A stretch of 64,000 nt of DNA from Camelus dromedarius (Eukaryota): the NCBI RefSeq assembly GCF_036321535.1, contig NC_087437.1, positions 115,136,001 through 115,200,000 on the forward strand, given 5' to 3'. Below the pieces are notes generated by a model. That model searched no databases and had not been told where the DNA came from. It worked only from the letters and a program-made list of their open reading frames with translations. How positions within the stretch are numbered: the first letter of the stretch is position 1; every line of letters begins with the position of its first letter. This document shows, in pieces, positions 51,312-63,789 of the stretch. A program made the position numbers and the translations under genes.

Positions 51312-51417
51312 ACGCACAGGCATGCGCACAGGTGCGCAGGCGTGCGTACGCATGCGCACGGGTGCACATACACGTGCGCATAGCCACGCATACGCAGGTG
51401 CACACGCATGTGCGCGC
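51312..51417. repeat. Imperfect alternating purine-pyrimidine (GC/AC/GT) low-complexity tract within a CpG-rich patch
   Basis: acgcacaggcatgcgcacaggtgcgcaggcgtgcgtacgcatgcgcacgggtgcacatacacgtgcgcat...gcatgtgcgcgc. Confidence 0.9.
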
Positions 51418-53295
51418 CATCCACACCCCTGCGGTGCTGATTGAGCCGCTGGCCTGGAGCGCCAGGCCCGGGACTGATGCCGAGTTACCCCAAGGGCTCA
51501 CCCGTCCTAAATTACGTGCCCATCATCTGCACCCTGGCCTTGACCTCTCTGGAGCTCTGTGCGTGAGCGCAGGAGACCCCAGCACAGAATCTGGTCAACA
51601 GCTCTGCTCCCGACTAGGTGGGAGGCCCTGCCTGTTCCTCATTTTTAAAACGGGAAAACGGCAACTCTCCTTTTCGGCTTTAATATTCAAGAGTCAGTGC
51701 TTCATTCCAAATGTTTAATGCTCAGTTAAAACTGCAACACCATCTCTAGGGCTCCAAAATTAAAATAAGCATGTTACCAGCACAGAGAGAGGAGGCCGGT
51801 GTGAGGAGGATTAGGAGAAGGCAGAGGCCTTTCTACTCTACTTATTTTAGCAAATGTTCACGCGTTCAGATGGTTGTCAACGTGACACTCTGGAAAATTA
51901 AGAGAATACCGCATTAGAGGGGAGAAGGGTAGGCGTCCCCTTCTCCTACCCTGCAAAGAAAGAGCAGATACGCAAGCAAGCATTCAAAAGAGATAAGTCT
52001 AGTAAGGCAGGTTTCAGAAAGTCTTACTAGTTGACAGGAAGGAGTAGCTGGCTGACCAGTGCATACTTGGTACAGTTTCTAAACTAGAAAGTCTGTTAAC
52101 AACAGAGAAAACTACACCAACTTTTTCCTGTAGCTCCAATTTGTCAGTTTTCCTCGGGTACCTCAACAGCTGATTCTTTTAAACTGTTTAACATGGTTGT
52201 TTACAAAACTCCCATTATACCTGGATAAAGGGTGACAGCTAGATTGGACCAGGCAGCCAGTCCAAGCCCGGTGGGCTGTTTACTGCTGGCCTGTCCTCTG
52301 AGGCCCCTTAGGTCTCCCAGACACAGGAGCAGAGGAAGTGTTTCACAATACTTTAGTGGGAAACGCCAAAACGTTTTTAAGTTTTCAAACGAAACACTTA
52401 CTAAATGCCTACTATAGGCAAAATACTGGAAAAGGGATACAAAGATTAACAACATATGGTCCTTGCCTTCAAATAAGCTTGTATTACAGTTTAATGGAGT
52501 AGACAGATATTCACATAATACAACAACATTTGTACACTACTTCACCAAAAAACAATTCTTTTAACCTTATAAAAGCAAGCAATCAGATCTAAGATTCCAA
52601 GTCACAATACTCGGGTTAGAAAATTGAAAGAAAAATTGTAACTCCTATTCGTGTAACGTGGTTATCAGTGGAATTTCCCTAGATCAGGGCTGGTACAATT
52701 CCTTTGCTGGGCATTAACGATCAACTGCTGTCCTCACAGCATACGGCTCTAAACATGTTTTATGTTCTATAGTTTAGGACTTTTAAAATATACTCTAAGA
52801 ATTTTATACATGCTGGCCCATGTTGAGATGGGATGTGCCCACAGCCCAGGAGGGTGATGACCAGCTCTCCAGAACCATTACTGGTTTTACTTCAAATAAG
52901 AAAAAAGCCCAGGGCCAAGTGGAAACTAATGCCACTCACTTGCCAGCTTCTAGAAGCAAAACTGTGGAAGCCTCTTACTCCTGTAAATAACTTGCAACGA
53001 GTTCTGTGTTTTACTTAAAGGCACTAACATATACTACTATTGGAAAAAAAAAAAAAACCCTGTTTATCACATTGTTGCAAATGTTAACTATTAGTGAATC
53101 CAAGTGCAGGCTACATGGGCTTTGCATACTATTCTTTCACCCTTTCTTAGGTTTCAAATTTTTTTAATAGAAAGTTGGGGAGAAACAAAGGGACTTGCTC
53201 CAGAATTTCTCTAAGGCCTCTGCCAGCTCCAACATTCACTGGATATTTTTGTTCTGCCATTAATCCTGGAATCATCAAAGATACAGCATTTGTTT

Positions 53296-53366
53296 AAAAG
53301 AAAGAAAGAAAGGAAAAAGAAAAGAAAAGAAAACACAAGACAAGACCAGACCAGACCAGACCAAAC
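53296..53366. repeat. Compound A-rich microsatellite (AAAG / AAAAG / ACAAG / ACCAG)
   Basis: Seen directly. Confidence 0.85.
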
Positions 53367-55069
53367 CACCACCAAGAATACCTTCTAGCATTCACATCTT
53401 AGTTGGATCAGCACAGCCCTTCATGCCGTCTGCACTAGGGCTGGGTTGCTAAGGTCACTTCAGGCAAGAACACCTCCTTGGAAAACCCAATTTTGATTGT
53501 CACAGGCCGTTCCTCCAGAGGCTGGGATCCTGAACAGTCCAAATGAAGGTCGTTCCTTCCTGAGCACAAACCCCAGGGCGTTTCATGAAGCTTTTCAGTA
53601 TACATGGAATCAGTGTATTAATAACAGCTTATTGGCACTGAATGAAAAACACACAAGTCTTAATCTTGGGTCTTGAATTGGATCCAGGTTCTACGTCATC
53701 GCTGGCTGGAAGGGATACAGCCGTAAGTATACTTGGTGACTGGAGGCTGTGTAGTGAGACCTGAGTTTTGAAACCAGGATTGGTAGCTTAACAAAATTTA
53801 CTGGTTGTAGAAAAAGTAAACTTGCCTCTAGGGAGGTGAGCTCAGCCGCGCCATTCTGACAGCAGCCCCTGGTGGCCAGTTTAGTAAAAAGTGTTGGCTC
53901 TGATGCTGAAAGTTCCGACCTTGCCTTAATGAAGGTTGCTGCAAGCAGACAGGCCCTGCTAGGTAAAGGCTGGGGGGTGATTGGGGAAGCAGCAAAAATC
54001 CAAACTCAGATGTGCCTTTGAATCACATAAATTGCCAAGTCATTAGGGTACCTGTCACTTGCATTGAAAAAAAAAAGTATTGTCTTTTGAAAGCAGGAAA
54101 AAATAAGAATTTCTTTTAAAAGGGCAAGATAATAACATAAAGCAGATAATGCTTTAGTTTGAAAGTTACCTCATTCCCTAATTACATAGTAAAACCTTTA
54201 AATATTCAAGGAGCATGGATTCCTACACAAAAGAAAGCATGTTCTTCTTCCCTACACAACACCCTCTGGTACACTAATTTCCACGTACCCAACGCTGGGA
54301 ATTCCCGCTGTAATACCAGGCGTTGCTCCTATGGCAGAAACTTCTAGAAAATGCTGTTATCGCTCATTCAGAGAATAAGATAAAAGAGTCAAGATGGTAA
54401 GTGAAGTCTGCTTTCCAGTGCCACAGATTCACACCATTTCACTGGATATATATAGAAGAACGTTCAGAGGCTGACAGTTGGCTTCAAAGGCAGACGGCTG
54501 TAGGAAGTAGGAGCCACAAGCTTCAAGCCGACTTCTCCGTAAGGTGCACTCCGTCCTCAGCTATGAGAGAACAATCTGGAAACAATCTGCTGGGCAGCTG
54601 CTCTCATCAACAAACTGTTTATTGTAAGAAAGTGCCTGGGTCAAAGGCTAAATATCAACCCGAACCAAAAGCATACGAGCAAAAATCAATACCGTCCCTG
54701 CTACAGAAACCCAGGACTTCCCAGAAGAGAGACGGCGAGAAACTCATGCTTTATTCCGAAAGGGCAAGAGATGGAACAAAACTCCAAAATCTCAGTGTGT
54801 ATGGCTGTTTTGCACGTTATTACAAATGGTTATTTGCTGCTATTTTCAGAACAGGAGTTAAAATGTGGCATTCAAAGCAGATACAGAAATCAATTTTACA
54901 GATCCCTTCCTTCCAAGACTAACTGTGATTTATATCTAGTTGCTTCTTTCTTGTATTTGTTTTGTAAAGGGACCGACAGACTTCTACACAATGCATGGAC
55001 AATATAACCCATCTTTAAATAAGTCTGATTACAAACTGAACCACTGCCTGGGTAAGAGATTCCAGGAAG

Positions 55070-55335
55070 GAACTGTTTTATTTTAGGTGTGACAATGAAA
55101 TACCACTGCTTATGTTTTTAAACAGAGTTCTAATCTTTTAGAGATACATAGTAAAATATTTACAGATAAGGGATCTGATCTGGGATTTGCTTCAGAATAA
55201 TACAGGAGGAGGAGTGGGTAGGAATAGGTAAAGTGAGATTGGCCAGAATGGAAAGCTGGGGAGCACAGTGCCGAGCACATATGGGGTTCATTATGTGATT
55301 TTGTTTACTTTTGTATATTTGACATTTTCCACGAA
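55070..55335 (+). mobile_element. L1ME-like 3' end
   Basis: ttttaggtgtgacaatg...cttttagagatacata..aaatatttacagat...tctgggatttgcttca..ataat...ggggttcattat. Confidence 0.7.
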
Positions 55336-56689
55336 ACATTTTCTTTTACTTGTGTGCACAATTCAGCAGTTGCTGCAAAAGAAGAAAAAAATGTTTCCTT
55401 AAATATAAAAGTCTTCTTAAATATTAAAAAACCTACTAATGCAAATTCATTAATTCTCCCTAAGGATATACATACACCATGGTATCACTAGGTGTCCAAC
55501 ATGGCTGTTTTCGAGAAATGTCTGAAATAAAGCAGTTAAATTCTGAGTCAAACACTAGAGAAATAGAAAGAGATGCTCCGCGTTCCCAATGAGTTCCCAA
55601 TGCGTTCATGATCCACCAAGCCAGACTCTAGACAGAAACAGTACCACAAGATGGCATTCCCACGGTTTAAGTGCATCAGGGAGCATGAGAATATATATGA
55701 GCTGGTAAGAAAATCCAACTGACCTAAATGACAGGGACCCTGCCTGGAAAACAGCCAATTTAGCACACGAACTTTGAAAACACAACTTGTTTGTAAATTT
55801 GAGGCTCCCATCTCTTGCATTGTTACTTCTTAAACTGACAGGAAGATTAACTTGAGAAAGAGCCTGAAATAAATAAAATAAAGCAGAAAGCAGAACATGT
55901 TTTCATTATGCTTAAATTATACTAAGAAAAAGTATCTATCAATGATTTCAAACTGCTCCAGTATTGAGATGAAAATGGTAATACAAATTCTCACAAAAGA
56001 ATGCATTCAAAGGAACTGCTTTATAAGTTAAAAAAAATTATTTTTTTCACATCTAATTGCTTTGCTGGGACTAGCGTAAATACTGCAGGAGTCCTGGAAA
56101 GGGTTTAAAAGGTCATTTCATCTACCTTCCCCAGACAGAACAGAGGGTTTGGTAATGAGAATTCAGTGTCCTTAAGAGGTCATGTTCTGTGACAAACTTG
56201 GCTAATCTGAGACATGCCAGACCTAATCCCATCACCAGGAAAATACACGCAAAGAGGAGAATCTTCTAAAGTACAGACCTTTGACCTTTAAAGGACTGAA
56301 AAGCCACAGAAAAACTTAAATCATCATGTATCTCAAGGTTGCCTAAAGAAAGCAACAGTCTAGAGTAATAATCCAGGCGATTCTGGGCAGAGACAAGTCT
56401 GGATAGTCCCTCTCTCCCCACCCTCACCTCCCAAAAAATGAAGCATCATTCTTTAACCTATGAAACCACAATTTGATGTTTTCTTTTAAAAAATGTATTT
56501 CCTTATTTACTGACATTAAAAACAGGAAGGGGGATTACTGGTGACATCATTCAATTACTCTCTAATAACGGCCGTATGTAGGATTCATTTTTCCTCAAAG
56601 ACAAGAGAACAATTTGTCAAATACTTGCCTGTGCCTTAGAAAAGCAGACACAGCCCTTTACAAGTTGTCTTAGAGGAAAATTCACTTTT

Positions 56690-56723
56690 TTTTAATTGAG
56701 GTATAGTTAGTTTACAATCTTGT
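56690..56723 (-). mobile_element. Extremely 5'-truncated L1 (34 bp) with a 14-bp TSD
   Basis: Reverse complement acaagattgtaaactaactatacctcaattaaaa resembles the L1 extreme 3' end. TSD gaaaattcactttt at 56676-56689 and 56724-56737. Confidence 0.8.
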
Positions 56724-59700
56724 GAAAATTCACTTTTAATTTTAATTTTTCAAGCTTTTAGTTTGCCTGCAGAAGGTAAGTAGGGTTAAACTAAAAGTTT
56801 TTTACAGTTCAGGCCTCAGAAAAGACTCATGGTGAGTGACAGTAACTAATGGTCCCGCCACATTTCTGTTCAGAATCAGGCAATCCACCTTCGAAAGAGA
56901 TTCTATCTGGAATCTGGAATCTGAATTTAAATCTTGGAGGTGCAGGAGCCGACTGCCAATACAATCCCTGTCTTTGCCCATAACCCCTATCTCACCACAC
57001 TCGGACAGACAAACAAGAGACACGCCAGAGAACTTACACCCATACAACAAAATATTGTAAATCTCCACGTGTTGATGAGAAAGTACATTTCCCTTTTAGC
57101 AGAAATCTCCATATATTATAATCTAAGTCTTCTCTTATCCTAGGGGGTAAATGGGAAAAAGACTTCCCCACCAAGAAAGATCCTAATTCAGTAATCTTAT
57201 AGCATTTTCTTTTAAAGTTTTTATTAAAGCAGTTCATATCTTTAAATTGTCAAGATTCGAACATCACTAAAAAATGTCAATGAAAGCAAGTATTTTAAAG
57301 ACTCTAAATTGTTTCCATTTAAAGCCATGTTCCTCAGTTGATCAAATGGGGTTTGATCTCTAGAATGTTATACGAGGGACAGTATCTCCAACAATAAGAA
57401 CAAAATTACAGTCTACATGCCAATATTTCTTCTGCTGATTACATTAGTAAACCAAAGCCTGAAAATATTTTAGGAAAGAAAAATACTCACAACACAAGCA
57501 GAGGGATCAGGCAGAACTGAATTTCTCAGAAACACAAAGGACCTGGAAGGCTCTGGGTGGCACACACGTGCCTGGAAAAATGCACCTACTCTGGCAGCCA
57601 TGATGCCAACGACACAACCAAGAAAGCGATCAGCATTCTCCTCTTATCTTCAAGAGAAAGAGACTGGTGGACAGCAGACTAACCTTGGCCGAGTGGCCAA
57701 GTTTTCCTGCCGCCAAGTTGGCCTGCTTTCATGAGGAAGCCAAAGAAAGCTTTGCCCTGTCCTGACCCAGCCTTCCTGCTGAGATCCAGCCCGGGAACAC
57801 CACCACCCGGTACCCCGATTTCACTACCCTTCCTGCTCAGGCAGGGGAAACGGAGGATTAAACACCACTCAGGTCCACAAATTGCCTGTCAATTTGGAAA
57901 CCCTGAAACACTCAAACATTTTCTCAAGACAGCACAATTCTCGGAGCAACATTCTCAAATTATTGTTGCGAATGGAAACAAAATGTGCTCCCCAACTGTA
58001 ATTCATGTCCCTGAAAACTAGACTGTAACATTTATCAAACGGGATTTGGGTCTCAGGCCCCAACATTCCTGAACTGACTGGAGGTTCTGCAGTCGGGAGA
58101 GCTGGGCTCTGAGGGTCCCACTGTGACCACAGGCCAGCCTGCCGCTGTGTCCACCTCGATCCCGGCCTTGGCTCTGCACCTGATCACAGGGGCCCTTTGA
58201 TCATGCCCTCTAACCTGGTACCAGTGTGGGCTTATTCCCGAGGATGCATTTTTTTAGACTTGGGAGACAAAAAATCTGTTCTTAAGGACATTGCAAGACT
58301 TCCGAGAGACAGCTTCAATCGACTTCCCCAGGAGGTAACGCCACAATCCATACCCGCTCACACATGGCAGCTATTAGAGAGCTGGTGCAGAAGACAGAAA
58401 GCATTTGGTCTTGGAGGACTTTTTTATTCCAAAAGAACCTGTTTCCCTTCCACAAATCTGTGACTGCATCCACAGTGGATATAAATAGTCCGCAGAGATA
58501 AAACCACCCTTCCTCGATAGGGTGCTCTCCCCAGAAGGAAATTGCGAAGAAGATGCTCCCTCTAACCCACTTTTCCCTCCCCCAGGTCAGCCAGCAAGAC
58601 TGTAACACAGAGAACACCCCAGCCGGAGCCCCACCAGTTAAAGTGGAGCACCACCGAAGTTAAAGCTGTGTTTGTCTGCCTCTCCCACGATGAGTGACCA
58701 GCATCTACCTTGATTGGAGCCCAGAAGTATTCACCCCAGAGTCACTTTGAAACTTTCTTGTGGAAACAAGATTCAAATAAAAATACAGCACATACAGTAG
58801 CTGAAAAGCCTCCCTCCCCACCAAAAAAAAAAAAAGAATAAAATAAAGGCAGCTAAGGGAAACATCCCAAGCATTATTCCTTTGGCATTTCAACGTCAAA
58901 CTCATCGTGTCCCCTTTGCCATACGTATTATGTTTGATAACAGGAAGTCAGTTAAAATGAACAAAAAGTTTCCAGTTTAGGTAAAGGGCAAAGGAAGAAA
59001 GGAGAGAAAGAAGTATATGAAAGCCCCTTAAAAACATTCGTAGCTATAAAAGCTTTTAACTGTTTGCTTTAATCTGCCAGCTGCTCCTTAGCTGCGCCGT
59101 ATTGTAAAACGGCCGCCACAACACCCCGTCAGCCACATGTCAAGAGCTATTCAGGGCGCACCTGGAACTCGGAGTTTCTCTCTCATTTGGATCTCTGAAA
59201 GTTATTTTTAAAGCTGCATTTCAGGTGTCCCTCTCGCTGTACCTTCAAGATTGAGAACTAGGATTAAAGGTGGTGGGAGGGAAGATTCCGTGCCCAGTGC
59301 TATGCTCAGGAAATGGAACGCAAAGACTCTTTCTCTTAATTGGAGAATTCCAAGTAACTCAGAAAAACTCAGTTTTTCTTCGCTGCTCCACATCCCAGTT
59401 TGCAAGGACCCCTCCCTGCCCTCTCCCCAATGGCAGGGCCCCCGTGAGACTCAGATGAGACTCTGACGCCTGGGAAGGCCCTTGGTAGAACTATAACGTG
59501 TGCCAGCAAGATAAGAAATTGTCTCTTGTTTTCCAGAAACTTCCACAGCAAGGTCTCACACTTAGGAGGCACTTGGATGTTTGCTAAACGAAGTGGTCGG
59601 TCAGAGGAAGAGTGAGTGCTATGTGGTATGATTTAGTCTAAGTTTCTTCATAAAGCAACCGACATAAAACCAGTCATCGTTTAGGTGGAAGGACCAATCC

Positions 59701-61029
59701 AGGAGTTTTCTGATATGTTTACAAATATCAAAACTATCCTTATCAGCAATACCTGTTTTGGGATGGGGAAAAACGTTTCACAACAGATAATTTGGGGTTG
59801 AATCCAAGTGAAATGTGATACTTGTTCTTGTTTCTAAGCACATGTGATCCATCCCACAACTCCCACACCACCAAAATTACACACACGCACATGATGATTT
59901 TTGCCCAGTTGCTTTAACAACAAAATCGAGTTGTCACTTCTTGTTATGGTGACATCTTGACCCCAAGGCAAAGGAACCATATACCCTCTGGCAGGACTCC
60001 TGCCAATATCCTGCCAGCTTCTGCAGCTTGGATCACCTCCACACCACTAGCTACTGGCTGTGAGGGACGCCCAGAGAACCTCAGCTTTGTAGTTTCAGAC
60101 CCCAGACCCAAGCGGTGATGTCCCAGGATAAGGGGGCAGGCTGAGTCCTCCCAGGCTGCTGACCTCTGCGGAGGGCTGTGCACGGTCCCGTCCCTCCCCT
60201 CCCCCCTCCCCCCTCCCCCCTCTCCTCCAGGGGCAGCAGGCATCTGTCCCCACCTGTTCTGGCCTGTCCAAATCAACCAGCTGCCCCCTCTCAGCAGAAA
60301 CCCAGAGGACTCCACCGCACACCCTCCTTCTTTCTACCATGTCCCTGGGAGAGATAAAAATAGAAATAGGGCCTGGAGAAATGGAAACAAGAGAGCGAGT
60401 TTCTGGACCGACTGGACTTTAGGTGCTGCCAGGGAAAGAACTGTGACTTTTCTATAAAATCAGTGTCGCTCACAAACACCCCGGTGTCCCCCACAGGAAA
60501 GGTGTATCCTTGCTAACTTCCTGTCACCATTGATGGCGGAGGGTGAGGTGGCTGCCCAGCCATCTCGCTCCACCAACCCCATCGCTCTTAAGTCTCAGCT
60601 AGAGACTAGCCGCACTCCAGAATGGAAGTTATCTATTTGAAAGGGCTCAACACGGAGGTGTCAGCACGTATGTGGTCTCCTCCGAGAAATGGTTCAAACT
60701 AGTTCAACAGTCAAGAAACCGCTACATCCAAGCAGGGGTGGGGACACTCGAATTAGGAGAAACCACCAGTAGTACCTTCCAGCCACAGGAGCAAATAGAC
60801 AGCTGAGGGCTTAAACCTAACAACTGAATCTAATAGTTGTAGCTGTAACTAGCCATCCACCAGAGTAAAGTCATTTACTAACAAAGCTAACCCTTTGAAA
60901 ATAATTAATAGATGTCAAACATTAAATAAAATATCAATACTTACACCAGAGTCCTTGCCTTTTATCATTCAAGTTTAAACCATTTATGGGATGCCTTCAA
61001 AGTCCAATGATAAACTTTCAATTTTTAAA

Positions 61030-61107
61030 TTTTTTTAATTGAAGGATAGGTGATTAGCAGATACAAACTACTGTCTACAAAGTAGATAAACAACAAGGTC
61101 TTACTGT
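61030..61107. mobile_element. Tiny L1 insertion with apparent 5' inversion
   Basis: Antisense terminal L1 3' end (tttttttaattgaaggataggtgatt) joined to a sense-oriented upstream 3'UTR piece (gattagcagatacaaactactgtctacaaagtagataaacaacaaggtcttactgt). Confidence 0.7.
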
Positions 61108-62754
61108 TATTTTTATTTTTAATAAATGATTTTGCTCATTATAAAAATAATACCTGTTCAGAATAGAAAATTTGGAAAAGAGAAAGAAATTTTTTAAAGT
61201 TTAGTAAAATCACTGTTAACCTCACCACCCAGAAATATACCCTCCATATATACTGTACTTTCTTCCAGTCTTTTTTTCTACAGACATAAGCACGTGGTGT
61301 CCATGTGCTCATGTGTTTTATAGTTTACAACGTATTGTAATTTTGCAGAGGCCTGAATTTCAATCCTGCCCCTGGGAGATTCGATTAAATGGGAAAAGCT
61401 CAGTTAGACCCAGAGTGTGCACCTCGGCAGAGCCTCGCTTCCTGTGGTGACATGCATGGTGACACTCATGACTGCATTTTATAGCAGAAATCACATGCCA
61501 CCGTGGTGCCTGGGTGTCGCTGCAGGTCTCAGAACACACCTCCCACACATGCCTAGGGCTGACTGTACTTTGGGTTGAGTGTTTTTTTCTACTTGGATCA
61601 TGGGCTATTTTTTTCCATTTATGTCACAGTAACACGGAAGTACATGGGTGCCTCATAAATCTTCCGTGCTGTTTGCTATAAAGAGCGAGTGTCGAGGCAC
61701 CAAACTGTATAAACACAGCTGGTATGCAGTAAAGCTATTTAGATAACTAGTCTGTTTATTTTGTTCTCTCATAGTCCATCCTATAATAGTACCTAGTACA
61801 CAGTAAAATGCTTAATGAAAGATGAATATTATTAACTGTGACTCTGAAATAATTTCTTCAGGCCCAAAAGAAAAGTGCCACCAGTATAGTGGAAAACTAC
61901 TCAATTATACTATGCAAAACGCATATGGGGAGAAAAAAAATTAAATCTCTGAAGAACTACTTGATAGTTCTCAGGTGCCTGCTTCCCAGGCAGCCTGGCT
62001 CAGCAGCGACACCGTGTGGTGAGAGGTCTCGCAGTCCCACCAGCACAGAGCATTTCACAGGCAGCACGAAGCACACCGGCATCTTATCCATAAAGCAGGT
62101 GAGAAATCTAAGGATGGGCCGAGTATAACAGGTGATGGGAGGCCGGGATCCTTTCCATGTCACTTAACTCCATGGGGAGCGACGACGTCTACGAAGAAGG
62201 CTCAGGAAGGAAAACCAAAGTACCATCCAGTTCTACCCCCAATCTGCCATCCATATCTTTAACACTGAGCCACCAGCACTATGACTGGGTAGGTGTCCCG
62301 AAATGTCTGCACCTCAGCATCAGAAGAGGCGCCCGAGGAATCTCTCGGCTGCCTCCAGAAAGTCAGGGAGCAGCCACCTTCGCATTCATCTGCACAGGAA
62401 CCCTTCATAGATCTTGTATTCCAGGAAAACACACTCTAAAACCCTGAATTCCTACGTTTCCTCCTACAGCAGATTCAAGGTCTTCCCGAGAGGAGCTAAT
62501 AAACACTGAAAAATGAGGATATATATATACACTCACTCTCAGTTCCTTGGGTTCCCAAAGTAAAACAGACTTCAGAGAGAAGCAGTTGGGAGGGAAAAGT
62601 AGGGCAAGATCAACCAGACCAAGTGGAAGACCTGAAGCGAGAAGTGAACATTTCTGAAAATTACTCTTTCCCAAAGCTATTATGGAATAAAGAGCTTGGT
62701 CGGCTTGAGGTCCATGTAGCGTGCTTGTGTATGTGTATTTAGAACAGCTATTTG

Positions 62755-62900
62755 GGGGAAAGGAGGGTATAGCTCAGTGGTAGAGTGTATACACCTGGGT
62801 TCAGTCCCCAGTATTGCCACCAAAAGTAATCAATAAATAGATAAACCTAATTACCTACTCCCCCAAAACAAATTTTTTTTAATCTAAAGAAAAAAAAAAA
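62755..62900 (+). mobile_element. tRNA-Ala-derived SINE with an internal deletion in the anticodon/variable region
   Basis: ggagggtatagctcagtggtagagtgtatacacctgggttcagtcccc lacks the cttagcatgcacgagg segment. The family tail taaacctaattacc is present. Confidence 0.85.
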
Positions 62901-63789
62901 ACAGATCCTTGGGCAGGAAAAAACACATATTTACTTTAATGTTGTTCAAGCTTTGCACTCCCATGATTTGTGAATGGGGGTTACTAATCAATAGATGAAA
63001 ACGTATCCCCTCCCACCCCCAGGCAGTTTAAAGAACCAGAAGGACAAAAATATGAAGCATCTACCGTGTATTATAACAAAGACAGACATACAATACAAAG
63101 CCCTCGGTACTATCTCAGGTCACGCCCATCAACCAGAAGACACAAGAAAAGCTGAGCGTTCCAAACTTCTGCTCACAGGAGAATAACACGAGAGCACATC
63201 ACTCTGTCCTTTCCATTGCTGCGTCCAGGAGTCAAGAGGCACTAGTCTCAAAACCAGCATAGACAAGAACTCCCAGGAAAGGTCAAGGAGCACTGCCAGG
63301 GGCAAGCCTGGGTCTGACTTGCTCCCTGACCATGGAGCAGGCAGGCATGCCCTCACCCGTCCAGCCTCAGCCCTCCACACTCAGGAAAGGAAGGAGAGAG
63401 AAGGTCTGGGAGAGTGACAACCACATCTCCTGGGACCAGAAACCCTCACTCTTAAGGCTCCGCCCCCATTTCTCCAAGGGGGGAGGTCTATGAGCATTGA
63501 AGCTCTGAGGACCAGATTTATTTTGACACTTTTTTATATAAGACATAAGATGGAGGTGATGCTTCTCCTTCTATTAACTTAACACATAAAACAGAGATAA
63601 ATGATGTGGAGCTTTGAGTCCTGAGATCAGGGTGCAAACAAAAGTCATACCATTAATTCCCAAGAGCACCCATTAAGAAGAGGGCAAACTGGTTAAAAAA
63701 ATGTAATGAAAATGCAATGAATGTTTCTTAAGTGGAAAAAAATCATCCATTACTACAGTTTTAATTTTTTTAATTAAAAACATTACTTA

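Noticed and set aside
51067..51718. Overlapping 209-, 144- and 107-aa ORFs
   Set aside because: They stay open because of GC-rich low-complexity sequence, and show no recognisable domain or splice structure.
53380..53960. Possible processed pseudogene next to the A-rich repeat
   Set aside because: No recognisable coding frame on either strand and no TSD found.
54401..54922. 173-aa ORF (also 4880-5380, 166 aa)
   Set aside because: GTG starts, no recognisable homology, and 4880 begins inside a MITE. A BLASTP/PhyloCSF check could overturn this.
60223..60240. CTCF-like cctccaggggcagca (also ccctgaggtggcac at 51288)
   Set aside because: Several mismatches at core positions, as expected by chance in GC-rich sequence.
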